Positions 29,895-42,588 of a stretch of DNA of 64,000 nucleotides are shown piece by piece. The stretch is from contig JBOEGD010000009.1 of NCBI GenBank assembly GCA_050633245.1, forward strand, positions 273,839 through 337,838. Direction: 5' to 3'. The DNA comes from Calditrichia bacterium. GTDB taxonomy: Bacteria > Calditrichota > Calditrichia > RBG-13-44-9 > J075. Positions within the stretch are counted from its first letter, which is position 1, and each line of letters starts with the position of its first letter. Both the position numbers and the translations under genes were made by a program. The notes beneath the pieces were generated by a model that did no database searches, was not told the origin of the DNA, and saw only the letters and a list, made by a program, of their open reading frames with translations.

Positions 29895-30206
29895 TTAGCC
29901 GGCAATCTTACTAATTTCGACGGTGGTGAAATGCTGACGATGTCCGTTCATCACCCGATAGCCTTTGCGGCGTTTTTTCTTAAAAACGATTACTTTCTTA
30001 TCACGGCCATTGTCGACAACCTTAGCTTCTACTGAGGCTTTCTCGACTGTCGGTCGGCCAGTCTTTACTTCTTTTCCATTATCGAGAAGGAGAACGCGGT
30101 CAAATTTAACCTTGTCTCCGGCTTCTTTTCCAAGAAACGGAACCTTAACCGTCTGATCCTTCTCTACCCGGAACTGCTTCCCGGCAATTTCTACAATCGC
30201 ATACAT
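29895..30206 (-). CDS. rplU: 50S ribosomal protein L21
   Basis: MYAIVEIAGKQFRV...KKKRRKGY...GHRQ; true start is ATG 30206. Confidence 0.99.
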   Translation of the reverse strand: MYAIVEIAGKQFRVEKDQTVKVPFLGKEAGDKVKFDRVLLLDNGKEVKTGRPTVEKASVEAKVVDNGRDKKVIVFKKKRRKGYRVMNGHRQHFTTVEISKIAG

Positions 30207-30256
30207 CGCTTTTTTCTCCAGATATATCAAATGCTTCTTCAATTCAGGCAAGAACA

Positions 30257-30285
30257 AAGATAGGTGGACACGGGGGGTTAGTCAA
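30257..30285 (-). promoter_or_regulatory. Sigma70 promoter of rplU-rpmA
   Basis: TTGACT-N17-TATCTT. Confidence 0.65.
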
Positions 30286-30423
30286 GACGAAAATTTAAAT
30301 TTATCTGCTTTTTAAGACGCCACGGCAGAATTAAAAAATAATTCGTATGCCGGAGTTTGTCAAATCCTCAGCAGAGGCAATAAAACAGCAAAATAGAAAT
30401 AGCTTAAAAATTCAAAGTTAAGA

Positions 30424-30795
30424 TTAATCATCCATCCCTAACTCGGCCGGTGGTCTGAGGATACTTACAAACCGCGAGCTAAAAAATTTCACCCATACTC
30501 TCTTGGAGCGACGGGGATTACTCCAAAAATTTATCGTGGTTACCCATACAATATATGGATTTCCACCACGCTTTTGGGCAAGAAGCAAGTAAATGTCGCA
30601 ACTGTCATCATACGAAGTAGATAAAATAATGCTGTCATCGAGTGCTTCATGATAAATCACGAGTCTTTCTTGGCTCTCATGAGTGATGCGTACAGCTGGT
30701 TGGATATACCGCTTCACAGTCTTCCACTGTGCTGCTGCAGGCGTTTGAAAAAAAGCAGTCATAATGAACATCAGCAATATACTTTTGCCATTCAT
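30424..30795 (-). CDS. Hypothetical exported protein
   Basis: Signal peptide ending AAAQ; 3-bp gap from the upstream gene; GGAG RBS. Confidence 0.6.
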   Translation of the reverse strand: MNGKSILLMFIMTAFFQTPAAAQWKTVKRYIQPAVRITHESQERLVIYHEALDDSIILSTSYDDSCDIYLLLAQKRGGNPYIVWVTTINFWSNPRRSKRVWVKFFSSRFVSILRPPAELGMDD

Positions 30796-30798
30796 ATC

Positions 30799-31566
30799 CT
30801 ACTCCCGGTCAAAATCGAAGTAATAGGTGACATTCAATACGGTGTCATTACCGCCGTTGGCAATTGGAAAATTGCGCCGCAGCATCAGCTCGAAGCCGCG
30901 AAACGTATAGCTCATACTCATATCTACGCCACTGTTTTTGATGAAGGCAAAGGTTTTGTCTGCATCTCCCGCGGGGGAAAGCGGATCGACAATTCCATTG
31001 AGCGCGTAAAATCCGGTAAGATATAGACCAATACTATTCCACCAGGTTCCGATACCACCGATCCCTTGAAAGCGACCAAACTTATTCAAAATAAAACCGA
31101 CATATCCGGAAGGATAAAAACTATTGCTCTGAACGTACCCTAAACCCTCCTGAGAGAAAAAAACCAGGTTGGCCTGAATATCAGTATCCGTCGCGTAAAG
31201 AGGTTGAGCAGGTTCTGTATCACCGTAAACACCCATGCGCCCCTTAATGTCAAGACGCATTTTGGAGGAAAAAACCCAGTCGTAACCAACCAGGAGCATC
31301 AGACCATCTTCTACAACACCGGCAGCCGTCTCTTCGTCCTTCGTACAATACTGATAGTTCAACCCAAACAAAGATCGTCCTTTTCCAAACAACAGCGTTG
31401 TATTGTGCCGATAAAACTGCGGGGTTCGGGTTGCTCCTCCAACCTTTACTTCTGATATGCGCATATAAGAATATTCGGCCACAACGTCATCTATAATTTG
31501 TGCTGAAGACTCGGAGGATAGCAAACAGAGGATTGGAAAAACAAATATCATTGCTCGGAACTGCAT
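30799..31566 (-). CDS. Hypothetical outer-membrane beta-barrel-like protein
   Basis: Signal peptide, alternating Gly/aromatic beta strands, ends [10 protein letters not shown]; overlaps the end of the upstream kinase gene. Confidence 0.6.
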   Translation of the reverse strand: MQFRAMIFVFPILCLLSSESSAQIIDDVVAEYSYMRISEVKVGGATRTPQFYRHNTTLLFGKGRSLFGLNYQYCTKDEETAAGVVEDGLMLLVGYDWVFSSKMRLDIKGRMGVYGDTEPAQPLYATDTDIQANLVFFSQEGLGYVQSNSFYPSGYVGFILNKFGRFQGIGGIGTWWNSIGLYLTGFYALNGIVDPLSPAGDADKTFAFIKNSGVDMSMSYTFRGFELMLRRNFPIANGGNDTVLNVTYYFDFDRE

Positions 31567-34217
31567 GGCGAGACGACTCCTTCCTTGGTTTCTTTACGCC
31601 GAAGAAAGGAGATAAGCGCTTCTTCCAGCTTTACGCGCTTAATCGGCTTAGTAAGATACTCATCCATCCCGGCTTCCAGGCAACGTTCACGATCTCCTTT
31701 CATTGCATTCGCTGTAAGGGCAACGATGGGAATATGTTCTTTTTGAAGTTCTCGGATTTTTCGGGTTGCCGAATATCCATCCATTACCGGCATTTGAATA
31801 TCCATGAGGATCAGATCAATAGCTAATTCCTGCCATAAAGAAACAGCACGTTCTCCATTTTCCGCAAGAATAGCGGTATAACCCAGATTAGTCAGCATGC
31901 GCATCATTATACGTTGATTGACCCTATTGTCTTCGACGAGCAAAATAGTCGAGCCTTCTTCAAGGTTCTCAGAAGCTATCGGTTCTACCGCTTCAGGTTG
32001 CTGTTTTGAAAAATTCGTTTCGCATGTGTCGGCGCCTGCGAGTCGGTTGGTTAAACCCGCTAACGCTCGATTTATTGCCAGAGGATGGATTGGGTGAGCA
32101 ATGAACACTGCAGAAAGATGCTCTAAATCGACATCAAGATCTGAAGAGTCACCAATAATAAGAAGTTTTATCTGCTCTTTATTATTATTGATAAACCGGA
32201 TTAGATCATTGTTAATGCAATCGGCAGATGCAACGAATGTCCACTCTTCATCAATCTCTTGACGCCGCAAAAACTTCAGAGCATCATCAACAACTGCACT
32301 TATCTCTATCTGTCCGCTGGTCTGACCGCGAAGTGCTTCCAGAAGTATTTTCTGCGCAATGCTTTCGGATTCGATCAAAACGATATTCTGGGAGGTTTTC
32401 TCGCTGTGTGAGGCCTCTTGTAGGGCATCTTCTTCGGCTTCCAGAAGGATTTCAAAAAAGAAGATCGTACCTGGGGCATTCTTTTCTTGCTCGTCTTTAA
32501 CAGCAGGAATTTTCCACAATCCATTTTCCACACCCGGGCTTTCCAGCCATATAAGCCCATCCATTTTTAATGCCAGCATAGATGCTATGGTAAGCCCGAG
32601 ACCAGTTCCACCGTATTCTCGTGTTGTAGAAGAGTCTGCCTGCGAGAAAGATTCGAAAACCACTTTCCGTTTTGCCGGATCAATGCCAATTCCTGTGTCG
32701 GAGATTGAGCCGCGCAGCCTTATTTTTTTTCCGTGTAATACAGCATGCTTAATTTGCAGCAGCACCTCGCCATCATGAGTAAACTTAACTGCATTATGAA
32801 CTAAATTACCTACCAATTGCTTTAGGCGGCGCACGTCTCCAAAAAGCTTGTCCGGTGTCGCTCTATCGACCCAGCCTGCAACGGTAAGGCCTTTCTCAGT
32901 AGCTTCAGTGGTGACGCTCTCAACCACTTCTTCAACGAATTTCCGTAACGAAAAGACCTCTGGATTGAGCTCGATTTCGTCTGAATCCATTTTTGAGAAG
33001 TCCAAAATATCTTCAACAATTGTCATTAAGGAATTTCCGCTATTCTTAATAATATCGAGGTACTGCTCTAACTCCGGGTTCAACTTCTTATCAGAAGCCA
33101 AGCTGACCATACCCAATATTCCATTTAGCGGAGTGCGTAACTCATGACTCATGTTGGCCAGGAAATCGCTTTTAGCCTGAATAGCAGCCTCAGCCCGCGT
33201 TCGAGCCAACTCCAGCTGCACGACGGTTTGATTTAAGCGATCGGCCTGCACTTCCAGTGCGACTTTTGTCTTCTCAAGATCTGCAGCATAGACTTTAATG
33301 GCCTGTTCTCGCTTCACGCTGTCTGATATATCGCTAATTCTCAGCAAGTGCAAATTTTGACCGGCGCCCGAGATTCGAGTAACCACCAGTTCTCCAACAT
33401 GATGTTCTCCGACAAATTCATCGAGATCAATTTCTCTTTTCATGACATAGGCAGATTCATCGTCAACCTGATCTAACTGAAGCTGCTCCTGCTCACCAAG
33501 CAGAAAATGCAGTAAATCCTCGGCCTCTTCCCTGGAGCAGGAAGTAGCCAACTGAAAGTATCTTTTTGCAACGGCATTACTCATAACTAATTTGCCGGCA
33601 GATATATCATAGAGTAACAAAGCGTCAACCGATTCTTCAAATATGGAATTCATCAGTCGCTTTTGCTTATCAAGCATAAATTCCATCTTTTCACTATTAA
33701 AGATGCTTACGCCATATGCAATTCCGATTGCGGCAAAAAGAACAGCGACAAAAAAGGGGCTTACATAGAAGTTGCTCATCTGCAAACCGGCAACAATATT
33801 TGCCAGTATACCAAATCCGGAATAAACCAACAGGTGGACAAATCGCTTCATTACCGTAAAAAAACCACTGAAAACGACAAACATACCCAGAACATATTCA
33901 ATTTTGTACAGATTTACAGTTGTGATAAAAACGAACCAGCCCATTATAAGTATAGAGGCAACGTGGATTGTAAAAAGAAGATAGCGTTTTGCCTTTTCTT
34001 CCTTGAAAGAGAATGCAAAAATAAAGAGGCAAACGGCACCAATACTAAAACGTAACCAAAGTGGGTCGTAGGTATCCGGTTTTAGTACATAATGATAAAC
34101 ACCCATCGCCGGAATCAAGAAAGCAGCAACCAGTGTTAAATAGCGATAACGCTTTATCTGCTTGGTGGTTAAATGCATCGAACCATGTAACAACCATGTT
34201 TTTGAATTATTCGACAT
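31548..34217 (-). CDS. Membrane-bound hybrid histidine kinase (TM sensor, degenerate PAS, HisKA, HATPase, pseudo-REC, REC)
   Basis: [40 protein letters not shown]. Confidence 0.92.
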   Translation of the reverse strand: MSNNSKTWLLHGSMHLTTKQIKRYRYLTLVAAFLIPAMGVYHYVLKPDTYDPLWLRFSIGAVCLFIFAFSFKEEKAKRYLLFTIHVASILIMGWFVFITTVNLYKIEYVLGMFVVFSGFFTVMKRFVHLLVYSGFGILANIVAGLQMSNFYVSPFFVAVLFAAIGIAYGVSIFNSEKMEFMLDKQKRLMNSIFEESVDALLLYDISAGKLVMSNAVAKRYFQLATSCSREEAEDLLHFLLGEQEQLQLDQVDDESAYVMKREIDLDEFVGEHHVGELVVTRISGAGQNLHLLRISDISDSVKREQAIKVYAADLEKTKVALEVQADRLNQTVVQLELARTRAEAAIQAKSDFLANMSHELRTPLNGILGMVSLASDKKLNPELEQYLDIIKNSGNSLMTIVEDILDFSKMDSDEIELNPEVFSLRKFVEEVVESVTTEATEKGLTVAGWVDRATPDKLFGDVRRLKQLVGNLVHNAVKFTHDGEVLLQIKHAVLHGKKIRLRGSISDTGIGIDPAKRKVVFESFSQADSSTTREYGGTGLGLTIASMLALKMDGLIWLESPGVENGLWKIPAVKDEQEKNAPGTIFFFEILLEAEEDALQEASHSEKTSQNIVLIESESIAQKILLEALRGQTSGQIEISAVVDDALKFLRRQEIDEEWTFVASADCINNDLIRFINNNKEQIKLLIIGDSSDLDVDLEHLSAVFIAHPIHPLAINRALAGLTNRLAGADTCETNFSKQQPEAVEPIASENLEEGSTILLVEDNRVNQRIMMRMLTNLGYTAILAENGERAVSLWQELAIDLILMDIQMPVMDGYSATRKIRELQKEHIPIVALTANAMKGDRERCLEAGMDEYLTKPIKRVKLEEALISFLRRKETKEGVVSPCSSEQ

Positions 34218-36558
34218 TATTTTCTGCTTCCCGTAGATTTGATGTCAGCAACATAAGTGTCGAGTACAGATCCTGACGCTTAAGCGGCTTACTGAGATAG
34301 CCATCCATACCTGCTTCAAGACAGCGTTCACGATCCCCTTTCATGGCATGGGCCGTAAGTGCAATAATTGGTGTCGGTGCCAGCGCCTGGGTGTTCTCTT
34401 TGCGTCGTATTTCCTGAGTGGCTTCCAGTCCATCCAGCTTCGGCATTTGAATATCCATTAAAATAACGTCAAAGTTGGCGGCTCTCCACGCCTCTAAAGC
34501 CTCAAGGCCGTTGACAGCCAGAGTAACTTTATGGCCGCACTTTTCAAGCAGCTTAATTGCCAGACGCTGGTTAATTCGATTGTCTTCAGCAAGCAAAATT
34601 GAGAGCTCAGGACCTTCGTAGTGAATACCTCTGATGGCAGCCTCAGCATCAACGGTATCCTCATTCGTTGAATCAGTGAAGTTTTGTAAAATTGTGCCAA
34701 GCAACTCAAGTGGTCTCACCGGTTTTACCAGATAGCCGCGGATGCCAATTTCCCGACAGCGCTGAACATCTCCACGTCTGTCCCCTGATGTAAGCAGGAG
34801 CATCGGTGTTTCACCTACTATCGGCATCAGCTTTTCAGCTACATCAAAACCATCCATCTCGGGCATTTGCCCATCGAGCAATATCAGGTCAAATGCCGGC
34901 TCGCCATTTTCTGCCACTTCATTACAGTATCTTATTGCAGCAGTACCGCCGGCAACGCTTTGAGGAATCATATTCCATCTACGGCTAACCAGCTCTTCAA
35001 GAATGCGGCGATTGGTATGATTGTCATCGACAATCAGGACTCGTTTTCCATTCAATACATCAAGGCTCTGAGTAGCTGGTGCAACTACGGGGTTTTCTGC
35101 ATAGCCAAAGGTTGCAACAAAATGAAACGTACTCCCAATACCGCGTTGGCAATCTTCTATCTGGTCACCTGGTTGCTCAAGTTGATTATTGTCCAAACCC
35201 TTTACGTCGGCGGGGCTGGTAACCCAGATTTTTCCTTCCATCAGTTCCACAAGGCGCGATGAGATTGATAAACCCAATCCGGTCCCACCAAACTTTCGTG
35301 TCGTTGAACCATCGGCCTGTTTGAACGCCTCGAAAATTGCAGATTGTTTTTCCGCCGGAATACCGATTCCGGTATCACTAATCGCAAAGTGCAGCTCTAC
35401 CTGACTTTTATTCATTTCCTCAGGCCAGATTTTTACAAAAATCTCGCCTGACTGCGTAAACTTTATGGCATTTCCAATAAGATTAACCAGAATCTGACGA
35501 AGCCTTCCGGGATCTCCGAGCAAATATATCGGGACGTTTTCATCACTCCAATAGGCCAACTCCAACCCCTTTTGATGAGCTCGGACAGCCATAGTTTTCA
35601 ACACATCACCGATATGCGTGTCTAACCGAAAATCAATCGGGTCGAGCTCCAGCTTGCCAGCTTCAATTTTAGAGAAGTCCAGGATGTCATTAATAATTGT
35701 CAGAAGCGATTCACCGGAGAACTTCACCATTCGTAGAAACTCACGCTGCTCAGTATTCAACTCCGTATCGAGCGCCAGCTCTGTCATCCCGATAATTCCA
35801 TTCATCGGTGTTCGAATCTCGTGACTCATATTCGCCAGGAACTCACTTTTGGCTGAGTTTGCCGCTTCGGCACCATCCTTGGCCATTTTCAGCTCCACGG
35901 TGCGTACGCGAACCTCTTCTTCAATAATTTCCTTATTCGACTCTAACTTCGCCTGACGTGAAGCGATCTCGTACATTTCTGTTTCGCTGTAAAGACAGGA
36001 TCTCATCAGGAAAACCACTTCAAAAACCACCCATGCAGCATGCTCAATCCAACGCCACGGACTGGCGATGAATACGCCGAAAACCGACTCTGGAAACCAT
36101 GTGCCACGCACAAAATGGTCCAGAGCAATAACAAGAGTTGCCGTGAGTAAAACTCGCCAATCGCGATACATTGCGATAAAGGCCAACGATCCGAAAACGT
36201 GAAAATGCGCCTCAATCCGTCCGCCGCATATATGTATTAGCAGAGCTGAGACAACCATTTGTGATGCCGCAAAGACGTGTCTTGTAATTGCCTCACCAGG
36301 ACGATAACGAGCAAGTAAAATCGGATAGAATGAGCATAAGCCACCAAGAAAGATTGCCATCCAAACGTGCAAATGAATAGCGAACTGATCCCCAGACCAG
36401 TCGTAAGGCGTTAGAGTCCACGCCAGGAACACCAGCCCAAACCACTGCAGTATCATCAGGCGAGAGAGCAAACGATCGTTGGTGCAATATACCTCATGTC
36501 GATGCCGATCGAGCAGGCGTTGAGTTGCCTTTTCAACTTGTATTGTTATATTAGACAT
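34207..36558 (-). CDS. Hybrid histidine kinase with a His-rich TM sensor and two REC domains
   Basis: Sensor motifs [32 protein letters not shown]; SHEIRTP; REC motifs LLDGQMP and LMDIQMP. Confidence 0.92.
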   Translation of the reverse strand: MSNITIQVEKATQRLLDRHRHEVYCTNDRLLSRLMILQWFGLVFLAWTLTPYDWSGDQFAIHLHVWMAIFLGGLCSFYPILLARYRPGEAITRHVFAASQMVVSALLIHICGGRIEAHFHVFGSLAFIAMYRDWRVLLTATLVIALDHFVRGTWFPESVFGVFIASPWRWIEHAAWVVFEVVFLMRSCLYSETEMYEIASRQAKLESNKEIIEEEVRVRTVELKMAKDGAEAANSAKSEFLANMSHEIRTPMNGIIGMTELALDTELNTEQREFLRMVKFSGESLLTIINDILDFSKIEAGKLELDPIDFRLDTHIGDVLKTMAVRAHQKGLELAYWSDENVPIYLLGDPGRLRQILVNLIGNAIKFTQSGEIFVKIWPEEMNKSQVELHFAISDTGIGIPAEKQSAIFEAFKQADGSTTRKFGGTGLGLSISSRLVELMEGKIWVTSPADVKGLDNNQLEQPGDQIEDCQRGIGSTFHFVATFGYAENPVVAPATQSLDVLNGKRVLIVDDNHTNRRILEELVSRRWNMIPQSVAGGTAAIRYCNEVAENGEPAFDLILLDGQMPEMDGFDVAEKLMPIVGETPMLLLTSGDRRGDVQRCREIGIRGYLVKPVRPLELLGTILQNFTDSTNEDTVDAEAAIRGIHYEGPELSILLAEDNRINQRLAIKLLEKCGHKVTLAVNGLEALEAWRAANFDVILMDIQMPKLDGLEATQEIRRKENTQALAPTPIIALTAHAMKGDRERCLEAGMDGYLSKPLKRQDLYSTLMLLTSNLREAENNVE

Positions 36559-36560
36559 CT

Positions 36561-37175
36561 TTACATCCCGTCTTCTGTCGCAGTTGTTATTGCACAGCCA
36601 AATACCGGGGTGCTGCGAAACTCAGTTTTTTGATTTGCGAGAAGTTTAAAAACCGTCGCGCTTCCGGCATTTGCGCCAATATGGCCTCTGGATGCGGTAA
36701 TCCCGCCCGAGAATAAAAGCTCACCATCCACGCTATACAAGACTGTTTCGCCGGAAGTCCTTAGGCCAAATGTCTTACTGATCTCCCCATTACTATCTCG
36801 AATTAACTGAACGTTCGCCAGCTCTTCGGCCATTTGCAAAGACAGTCCACCAGACCAATTTTCTTCTGCATCAACAGGGGCATAAACCAAAACAATGGAT
36901 TGAACAGGCTCGGAGGACCTAAGCAGTAGTTTCTCCAATTCAATTAAGCTCGCCCGCGAACATGGGCAATGCGGATGAAGCGTCATAACCAAAGCTGGGC
37001 TGTCGTTGCGAAGCAAAGCACTTTCTACAGGCCATTGCGATACACGCTCCGTAACTGAGGCAGGCTTATTCTGGTATCTAATGAGAATAAATAACCCGAC
37101 GAGCACGCAGATACCCCAGGCGCAAGTAATCCATATCCCTGAAAAAAGTGATTTCTTTCGAAGCGTAGACTCCAT
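36561..37175 (-). CDS. RedB-like membrane-anchored thioredoxin-fold protein
   Basis: TM helix, [34 protein letters not shown]. Start ATG 37175 is coupled to the upstream stop. Confidence 0.72.
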   Translation of the reverse strand: MESTLRKKSLFSGIWITCAWGICVLVGLFILIRYQNKPASVTERVSQWPVESALLRNDSPALVMTLHPHCPCSRASLIELEKLLLRSSEPVQSIVLVYAPVDAEENWSGGLSLQMAEELANVQLIRDSNGEISKTFGLRTSGETVLYSVDGELLFSGGITASRGHIGANAGSATVFKLLANQKTEFRSTPVFGCAITTATEDGM

Positions 37176-37176
37176 G

Positions 37177-39480
37177 TCAGGCTCCAACTCTATTGTCGAT
37201 CTGCTCTTCAATTGCGCTAAACAGTGATTCCGGATTGATCGGTTTGGAGAGATAGCCATCCATTCCGGCCACTATACAGCGTTCGCGATCTCCCTTCATG
37301 GCATGGGCAGTGAGCGCGATAATCGGTTGATGTTTTCCCGTTCCCTGTTCGAGTTTGCGAATGGCTGAAGTGGCTTCAAAACCATCCATTTCCGGCATTT
37401 GCACATCCATCAGGATGATATCGAACTCTGCTTTTGCGAGATGTTGCAGCACCTCGTTGCCATTGTTGGCAACTGTTACCTGATGTCCCATTTTTGCAAG
37501 CAGTTTTAAAGCCAGCTTTTGATTAATTGCGTTATCTTCAGCAAGCAGAACGTTCAGGTTTGAACGGGCAACGCGAACTGACATGTCCCCTGACTGCTTT
37601 TCTTCACTATTTTTCACTTTCTCATCGAAGAAAGTAACAATTCCATCCAGCAGTACGGATGGTGTAATAGGCTTCCTGATAGCCTGTGTCCGGTTTTCCA
37701 GACGGATTGTCTGCAAAAAGTGGGGCTTGCCTTTTTCCGTAACAAATAATATCGGAATGCTTTCATACCGATTTATCAACACCATCTTTTGAAGCAAAGC
37801 GGGTGCATCTTTTTCAGCTGCAAAGGCATTGCAAATGAACATTCCATACGGCTGATTTACATCGCGGCTATAAACGGCTTCCGAATAAGCTTGTTCATAA
37901 GAAGAGACTGCCTGAGGATTTGCTCCCCAGCTGGCAATGACTTCGCATAAATATTTACGCTGTAGTTCATCGGGCTCGACGATTAGAATACTCAAGTCAT
38001 CGAGCAGGCTCTGCTGTTTATCATTAATCGCGGGCATGGTGTCCGCAATTTTTGCTTTAATCGTGAAATGGAATGTGCTTCCCGGGCCTCTCGCGTTAGT
38101 GGTGCCAGACTCCACCTGCGACAATGTTTTACAAAACTCCTTATTCATTGGGCTTTCTACCCAAATATCCCCGTTCATCATTTTTACCAGGCGGGTTGTA
38201 ATGGCTAAGCCAAGCCCGGTACCGCCAAATTTGCGGGTAGTGGAGGTATCTGCTTGTGAAAAAGCGTCAAAGATTCCTCCCTGTTTGTCCTTGGGGATTC
38301 CAATTCCTGTATCGGATACTGCAAAGTGCAACGTGCAGTAGCCATCATCCAATCCTTCAGCTGATAAATACAGGTGAACGCTTCCGGAGGGAGTAAACTT
38401 TAAGGCATTTCCAATCAGGTTTATCAAAATCTGGCGTATTCGCCCCGGATCTGCCTGAAGCAAGGTTGGAAGCTCGGCATCCATAAAGTAGTCCAACTGC
38501 AACCCGCGGCTGTGCGCTCGTACTTGCTGTACTTTTGCGGTATCAGTCATCAATGCGCGTGGATCGAAATCAATCATTTCAAGATCCATTTTTCCGGCCT
38601 CGATTTTGGAAAAATCAAGGATGTCATTAATGATAGTAAGAAGTGATTCGGCAGAGGAATGAACCATCGAGTTGTATTCAATCTGTTCTTCATCGAGAGA
38701 TGTTTCAGACAATAAATCGGACATGCCGATAATACCGTTCATCGGCGTACGGATTTCATGACTCATATTTGCGAGAAAATCGCTCTTTGCACGCGTCGCG
38801 GCTTCAGCTTTTCCCTTAGCTTCTTCCAGCTCATGTACCGTTTTAGTCAGCGCTCTGGCCTTACTTTCCAGCTCTTCTTTAGCGAGCACCAAATCATCGG
38901 CAAAACGCTGTAGCTCTAGTTGTGCCTTATAGCGTTCTGATATATCTCTCATAACCGCAACATAAAGTATTTCTCCGCTATCAAACTCCATTGAGCTAAG
39001 AGCAAAGTCGGCGGGAAATGTTTCACCATTCTTTCGCCTGCCTTCCGCGGCAAAAATACTTCCGAGGTTTTCAGGCTTCATCAGATCCTTCATCTCAAAA
39101 GCAGCTTGATTCTCCATTTTTGGGAAGTGAACAATCTTTTCCATCGACATATACACAGCGCTGTTGACGTCATAGCCAAATATTTTCACGGCCGACTTGT
39201 TAAACGACTGAATGATACCGGCACTATTAACTGTAAAAATGGCATCTACCACATTGTTCATAATAGCAGAAACGCGTACTTCGCTTTGTTTCAGCACCCG
39301 CTTATTCAAGTTCATAACTTCCGCAGACATCAGTTCAACAGAGCGATCTTTAAGGCGTCGCTCTTTATCAAACTCATTATAGGTTTCAGAAATCACCTGC
39401 AAGAGTGCTTCATAGTCGGGCTTATCGGATTTAGATGCGCGAAGAGCCCGACGAAGTTGTCTTTTCAACAACCTATGCAT
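37177..39480 (-). CDS. Cytoplasmic PAS hybrid histidine kinase, probable FIST/NosP partner
   Basis: [12 protein letters not shown]-terminus typical of FIST-adjacent proteins; PAS; SHEIRTP; HATPase; pseudo-REC; REC LMDVQMP. Confidence 0.9.
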   Translation of the reverse strand: MHRLLKRQLRRALRASKSDKPDYEALLQVISETYNEFDKERRLKDRSVELMSAEVMNLNKRVLKQSEVRVSAIMNNVVDAIFTVNSAGIIQSFNKSAVKIFGYDVNSAVYMSMEKIVHFPKMENQAAFEMKDLMKPENLGSIFAAEGRRKNGETFPADFALSSMEFDSGEILYVAVMRDISERYKAQLELQRFADDLVLAKEELESKARALTKTVHELEEAKGKAEAATRAKSDFLANMSHEIRTPMNGIIGMSDLLSETSLDEEQIEYNSMVHSSAESLLTIINDILDFSKIEAGKMDLEMIDFDPRALMTDTAKVQQVRAHSRGLQLDYFMDAELPTLLQADPGRIRQILINLIGNALKFTPSGSVHLYLSAEGLDDGYCTLHFAVSDTGIGIPKDKQGGIFDAFSQADTSTTRKFGGTGLGLAITTRLVKMMNGDIWVESPMNKEFCKTLSQVESGTTNARGPGSTFHFTIKAKIADTMPAINDKQQSLLDDLSILIVEPDELQRKYLCEVIASWGANPQAVSSYEQAYSEAVYSRDVNQPYGMFICNAFAAEKDAPALLQKMVLINRYESIPILFVTEKGKPHFLQTIRLENRTQAIRKPITPSVLLDGIVTFFDEKVKNSEEKQSGDMSVRVARSNLNVLLAEDNAINQKLALKLLAKMGHQVTVANNGNEVLQHLAKAEFDIILMDVQMPEMDGFEATSAIRKLEQGTGKHQPIIALTAHAMKGDRERCIVAGMDGYLSKPINPESLFSAIEEQIDNRVGA

Positions 39481-39493
39481 AAGTAACTCCGGC

Positions 39494-40636
39494 TCAACTC
39501 TCAGAGAGAATTGTAATTGTCATTGTTTGATTATGAAGCTCACATTTACCTGTCGAAACATGAGGGGAAATTTCACCATAGGAATAGAAGCCAATCTGCG
39601 CAACATCGTCCCCCAGGAGCTCCTGAACCGCTTCAACTTCATCGGCAGTTCGCTGCCCCAAAATCATTTTGCGACCGACACAGCTAATCAACACGGCAAG
39701 GCGATTGCCTTCGTCACCATCCTGATCGGCAATTTTTGCCGCACTACCGGCACCATCGATCAAGCGCTCAAAATTTGCGCGCATCAGCTGAGCAATTTGT
39801 CCCTGAGGAATATCTCCTGCGAAGGTCATTGATTGTGCTTCCTCATCGATGGCGAGCAGCGTACGAACAATGCCCGATTCCGGATCTTCCGGAGAGCGCA
39901 CCATCAGAGGGAATAGAAGGCCGCTTCCAGGTAAATTCTCCGCTTCTTCGCCAAGATATTTTTTGTAAAGCTCAAGGGCCGGCTTTCCATCCAGTTCGTA
40001 TAACACATTGCCTTCCGATTTCGTTACAACGCGCTCGGGACCGAAACTGTCCCAGCCGCCAACGGAACCATGACCAATACGAATGGTCTCGCCGTAAAAG
40101 CCCACTGCGGCAATACGACCAACCTCAGGAGCAGCATTGCACACAACCCGCGTTGTGCCAAAGCTCGAACCATCACCGGCCAGTCCACCAGTTACCGGAA
40201 TATCATCTCCGACGATCTGCGTCATACCGTTTACAAGATCACTACCATTTACCTGTAGGCCTTCGGAAACAATGAGCACGCCTTTTAAATCGTCATTCAA
40301 CAACTCACGCCCAAGCTTTTGGCCGGCGTGAAAAGAATTATCTACTTCGCTGATAAGCACCGACGCTACTTTAATGGGTGTGTTATCAAGAGAAATTGCA
40401 CTTACTACAACGCTATTATCCCATACTTCATCCATAACAATTTCACCGGCACTACTGCAACCAATAATATCGGCGTTCGGATATCGATCGCGTATTGCGT
40501 TGTAATGAACGTCAGTTTCCATCAACTCAGGGGCAGCAAAGAAAAGGACCAGCTGTGGATTTTCCACCTCCATACTATCGAGGTTTTGCCATTCCTGCTT
40601 TTCATTCCACATCATTTGTTTCACACGCATATTCAT
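39494..40636 (-). CDS. FIST N + FIST C domain sensor (NosP-like)
   Basis: [52 protein letters not shown]. Confidence 0.92.
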   Translation of the reverse strand: MNMRVKQMMWNEKQEWQNLDSMEVENPQLVLFFAAPELMETDVHYNAIRDRYPNADIIGCSSAGEIVMDEVWDNSVVVSAISLDNTPIKVASVLISEVDNSFHAGQKLGRELLNDDLKGVLIVSEGLQVNGSDLVNGMTQIVGDDIPVTGGLAGDGSSFGTTRVVCNAAPEVGRIAAVGFYGETIRIGHGSVGGWDSFGPERVVTKSEGNVLYELDGKPALELYKKYLGEEAENLPGSGLLFPLMVRSPEDPESGIVRTLLAIDEEAQSMTFAGDIPQGQIAQLMRANFERLIDGAGSAAKIADQDGDEGNRLAVLISCVGRKMILGQRTADEVEAVQELLGDDVAQIGFYSYGEISPHVSTGKCELHNQTMTITILSES

Positions 40637-40842
40637 ACTCCTGTTTGGAATAGTTGCTATCAGCGCCTCAAAGTTGCCTTTATAATGCGTCTGATAAATT
40701 TATTTTAGGGAAAAACGAGGAAGGCTATGCGGCAAGAAGCCGCGGTTAGAATACAAAAGTACAAACCTGAAGTTGAATACTAATACCTGCGCCTTCCTGC
40801 GCACCCCACAATATTCCGACACTTTCCACACAAAAAAAGCTA

Positions 40843-41199
40843 CTAGACCACACATTCTTTTGACAATTCTTCAAGTGCCTGGCTCACTTCATCCATGGCC
40901 TCCTTCAGAGTATGGAAGTCTGCCACGCCCGAAGTAAAATCTTGCTTACTGCCGGAAATTTCCAGTTTAAGCGCGGCATCAACTGCCTTTTGAGCGCAGA
41001 AATTACTTACTGAGCCTTTCAAAGTATGAGCCGCGGCCTTTAAGCCATCCGCATTTTCGGATTGAATTGACTCATTAATTTCGCTCATTAACTGAGGATA
41101 ATCTTCCAAGAAAAGCTCGATCAACTCCTGCAGTAATTCCATATCATCGTCCACACGGCTATACAGCTCTTGACGATCCAGAACTGAGTCGATATTCAT
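40843..41199 (-). CDS. Hpt phosphotransfer protein
   Basis: ELIELFLED...AAHTLKGS; AGGAGA RBS before ATG 41199. Confidence 0.9.
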   Translation of the reverse strand: MNIDSVLDRQELYSRVDDDMELLQELIELFLEDYPQLMSEINESIQSENADGLKAAAHTLKGSVSNFCAQKAVDAALKLEISGSKQDFTSGVADFHTLKEAMDEVSQALEELSKECVV

Positions 41200-41337
41200 A
41201 AATGTCTCCTTTTGCAGCATTATTTTATGCGATTCCTGCCTTATGACAATTGCAATACAGTAAGTATCGACGCCTAGCGAAAAATTTAAAGCGCAAAACG
41301 CAAAAACTTCCAGCGAATGTGCAATTTTCCAGATTAC

Positions 41338-42588
41338 TCATGTTTTGGTTGCCCGATAACGTAAAAGCGGTAAAAAGATCAGGAAAAATACCAGCACAAA
41401 AAATATCGCTGCAATAGTAAATGATACCCGATATCCCTGGTTGTCGATTAACGCACCCAATACCGGACCGAGAAGTGCAAAGTTCAAGCGCACGCCAAGA
41501 CTGGCAACCGAATTGGCAGTCGCGCGGATGTCTCCGGTCACCCTCTTGTTTAAATCATCTCGCAATAAAACACCGGTAAGTCCGCGGCTTACCTTAAACA
41601 ACAGTCCGGCAACAATTCCAAAAAGACCGGCTCCCCAAGCCATTCCCAGATAACCCGCGATTGGAAGCAGTGCGATGGAGAAGAGCAGTATTTTCCTCCC
41701 CAACAGATGATCCAGTCGATTTGCGAGACGAGCAGTAAGAGCCACAACGCCATTAAACAGCGCCCATAAATACCCAAAATAGTAGATTGGAATATCAATT
41801 GACCCCCAATACCCCTGAAAAGCCCAAACCGCCAGCAGAGTTGATGATCCGTAGAAAATCAAGTTCAGAAGAATAAAGGTAAGCAGCTTTGAATGGCCGA
41901 ACAGAGAACGCCAAATGTATCCAATATTGCCTGAATGCGAGGTGCTGCTCATCTTTGAACGCGGCGGTTCGGTAAGCGTGAGAGCGATAAACAATGGAAT
42001 CCAACCGGTAACAGCGTTTACCTGAATAGGCAGAGCAAGAGAAATATAAGCGAATCCCCCACCGAGCAGCGCGGCAACCATTTCTCCCGTTTGAGCATAA
42101 AAGATTTTGCGGCCAAGAAACTGACTCTCTTCTCCATCTCGACTTTCAATTCCTTCCAAGCTGTCATATATCATTGCAATATCACTTCCGGAGAACAGGC
42201 TTCCTGCAAAGGCAATAATGATTTCGAACACGACAAACCAGATATAGGAATCGCCAAGCGCCAGGGTTGTCATTCCAATACCATTAAACAACCCGGCCAG
42301 CATTAATGTGTTTTTGCGCCCAAACAAATCGGCAAGATAACCGGATGGCACTTCCAGAAGCACCACGCTAAATGCAAAGATTGCCTGAAGTTCAAAAACA
42401 GCCTGCATTCCCAGCTCATGCGATTTTAAAAAAGGCACGATTACCGGCATGATAATCAGGAACATCCAGGCACCGTTTAACATCAAGACTTTTGTAATAT
42501 TTGCTTTGAGGCGTTTTTCCTGAAGTGTCACCGTAATAGACCTTTTCTCTATTAAACCTGCGGGCTTTTTCTGCCGATAACGAAGCAT
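41338..42588 (-). CDS. MFS transporter
   Basis: LEVPSGYLADLFGRK, SGSD.A.IYDSL, RATANS, about 12 TM helices. The start codon is uncertain. Confidence 0.9.
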   Translation of the reverse strand: MLRYRQKKPAGLIEKRSITVTLQEKRLKANITKVLMLNGAWMFLIIMPVIVPFLKSHELGMQAVFELQAIFAFSVVLLEVPSGYLADLFGRKNTLMLAGLFNGIGMTTLALGDSYIWFVVFEIIIAFAGSLFSGSDIAMIYDSLEGIESRDGEESQFLGRKIFYAQTGEMVAALLGGGFAYISLALPIQVNAVTGWIPLFIALTLTEPPRSKMSSTSHSGNIGYIWRSLFGHSKLLTFILLNLIFYGSSTLLAVWAFQGYWGSIDIPIYYFGYLWALFNGVVALTARLANRLDHLLGRKILLFSIALLPIAGYLGMAWGAGLFGIVAGLLFKVSRGLTGVLLRDDLNKRVTGDIRATANSVASLGVRLNFALLGPVLGALIDNQGYRVSFTIAAIFFVLVFFLIFLPLLRYRATKT

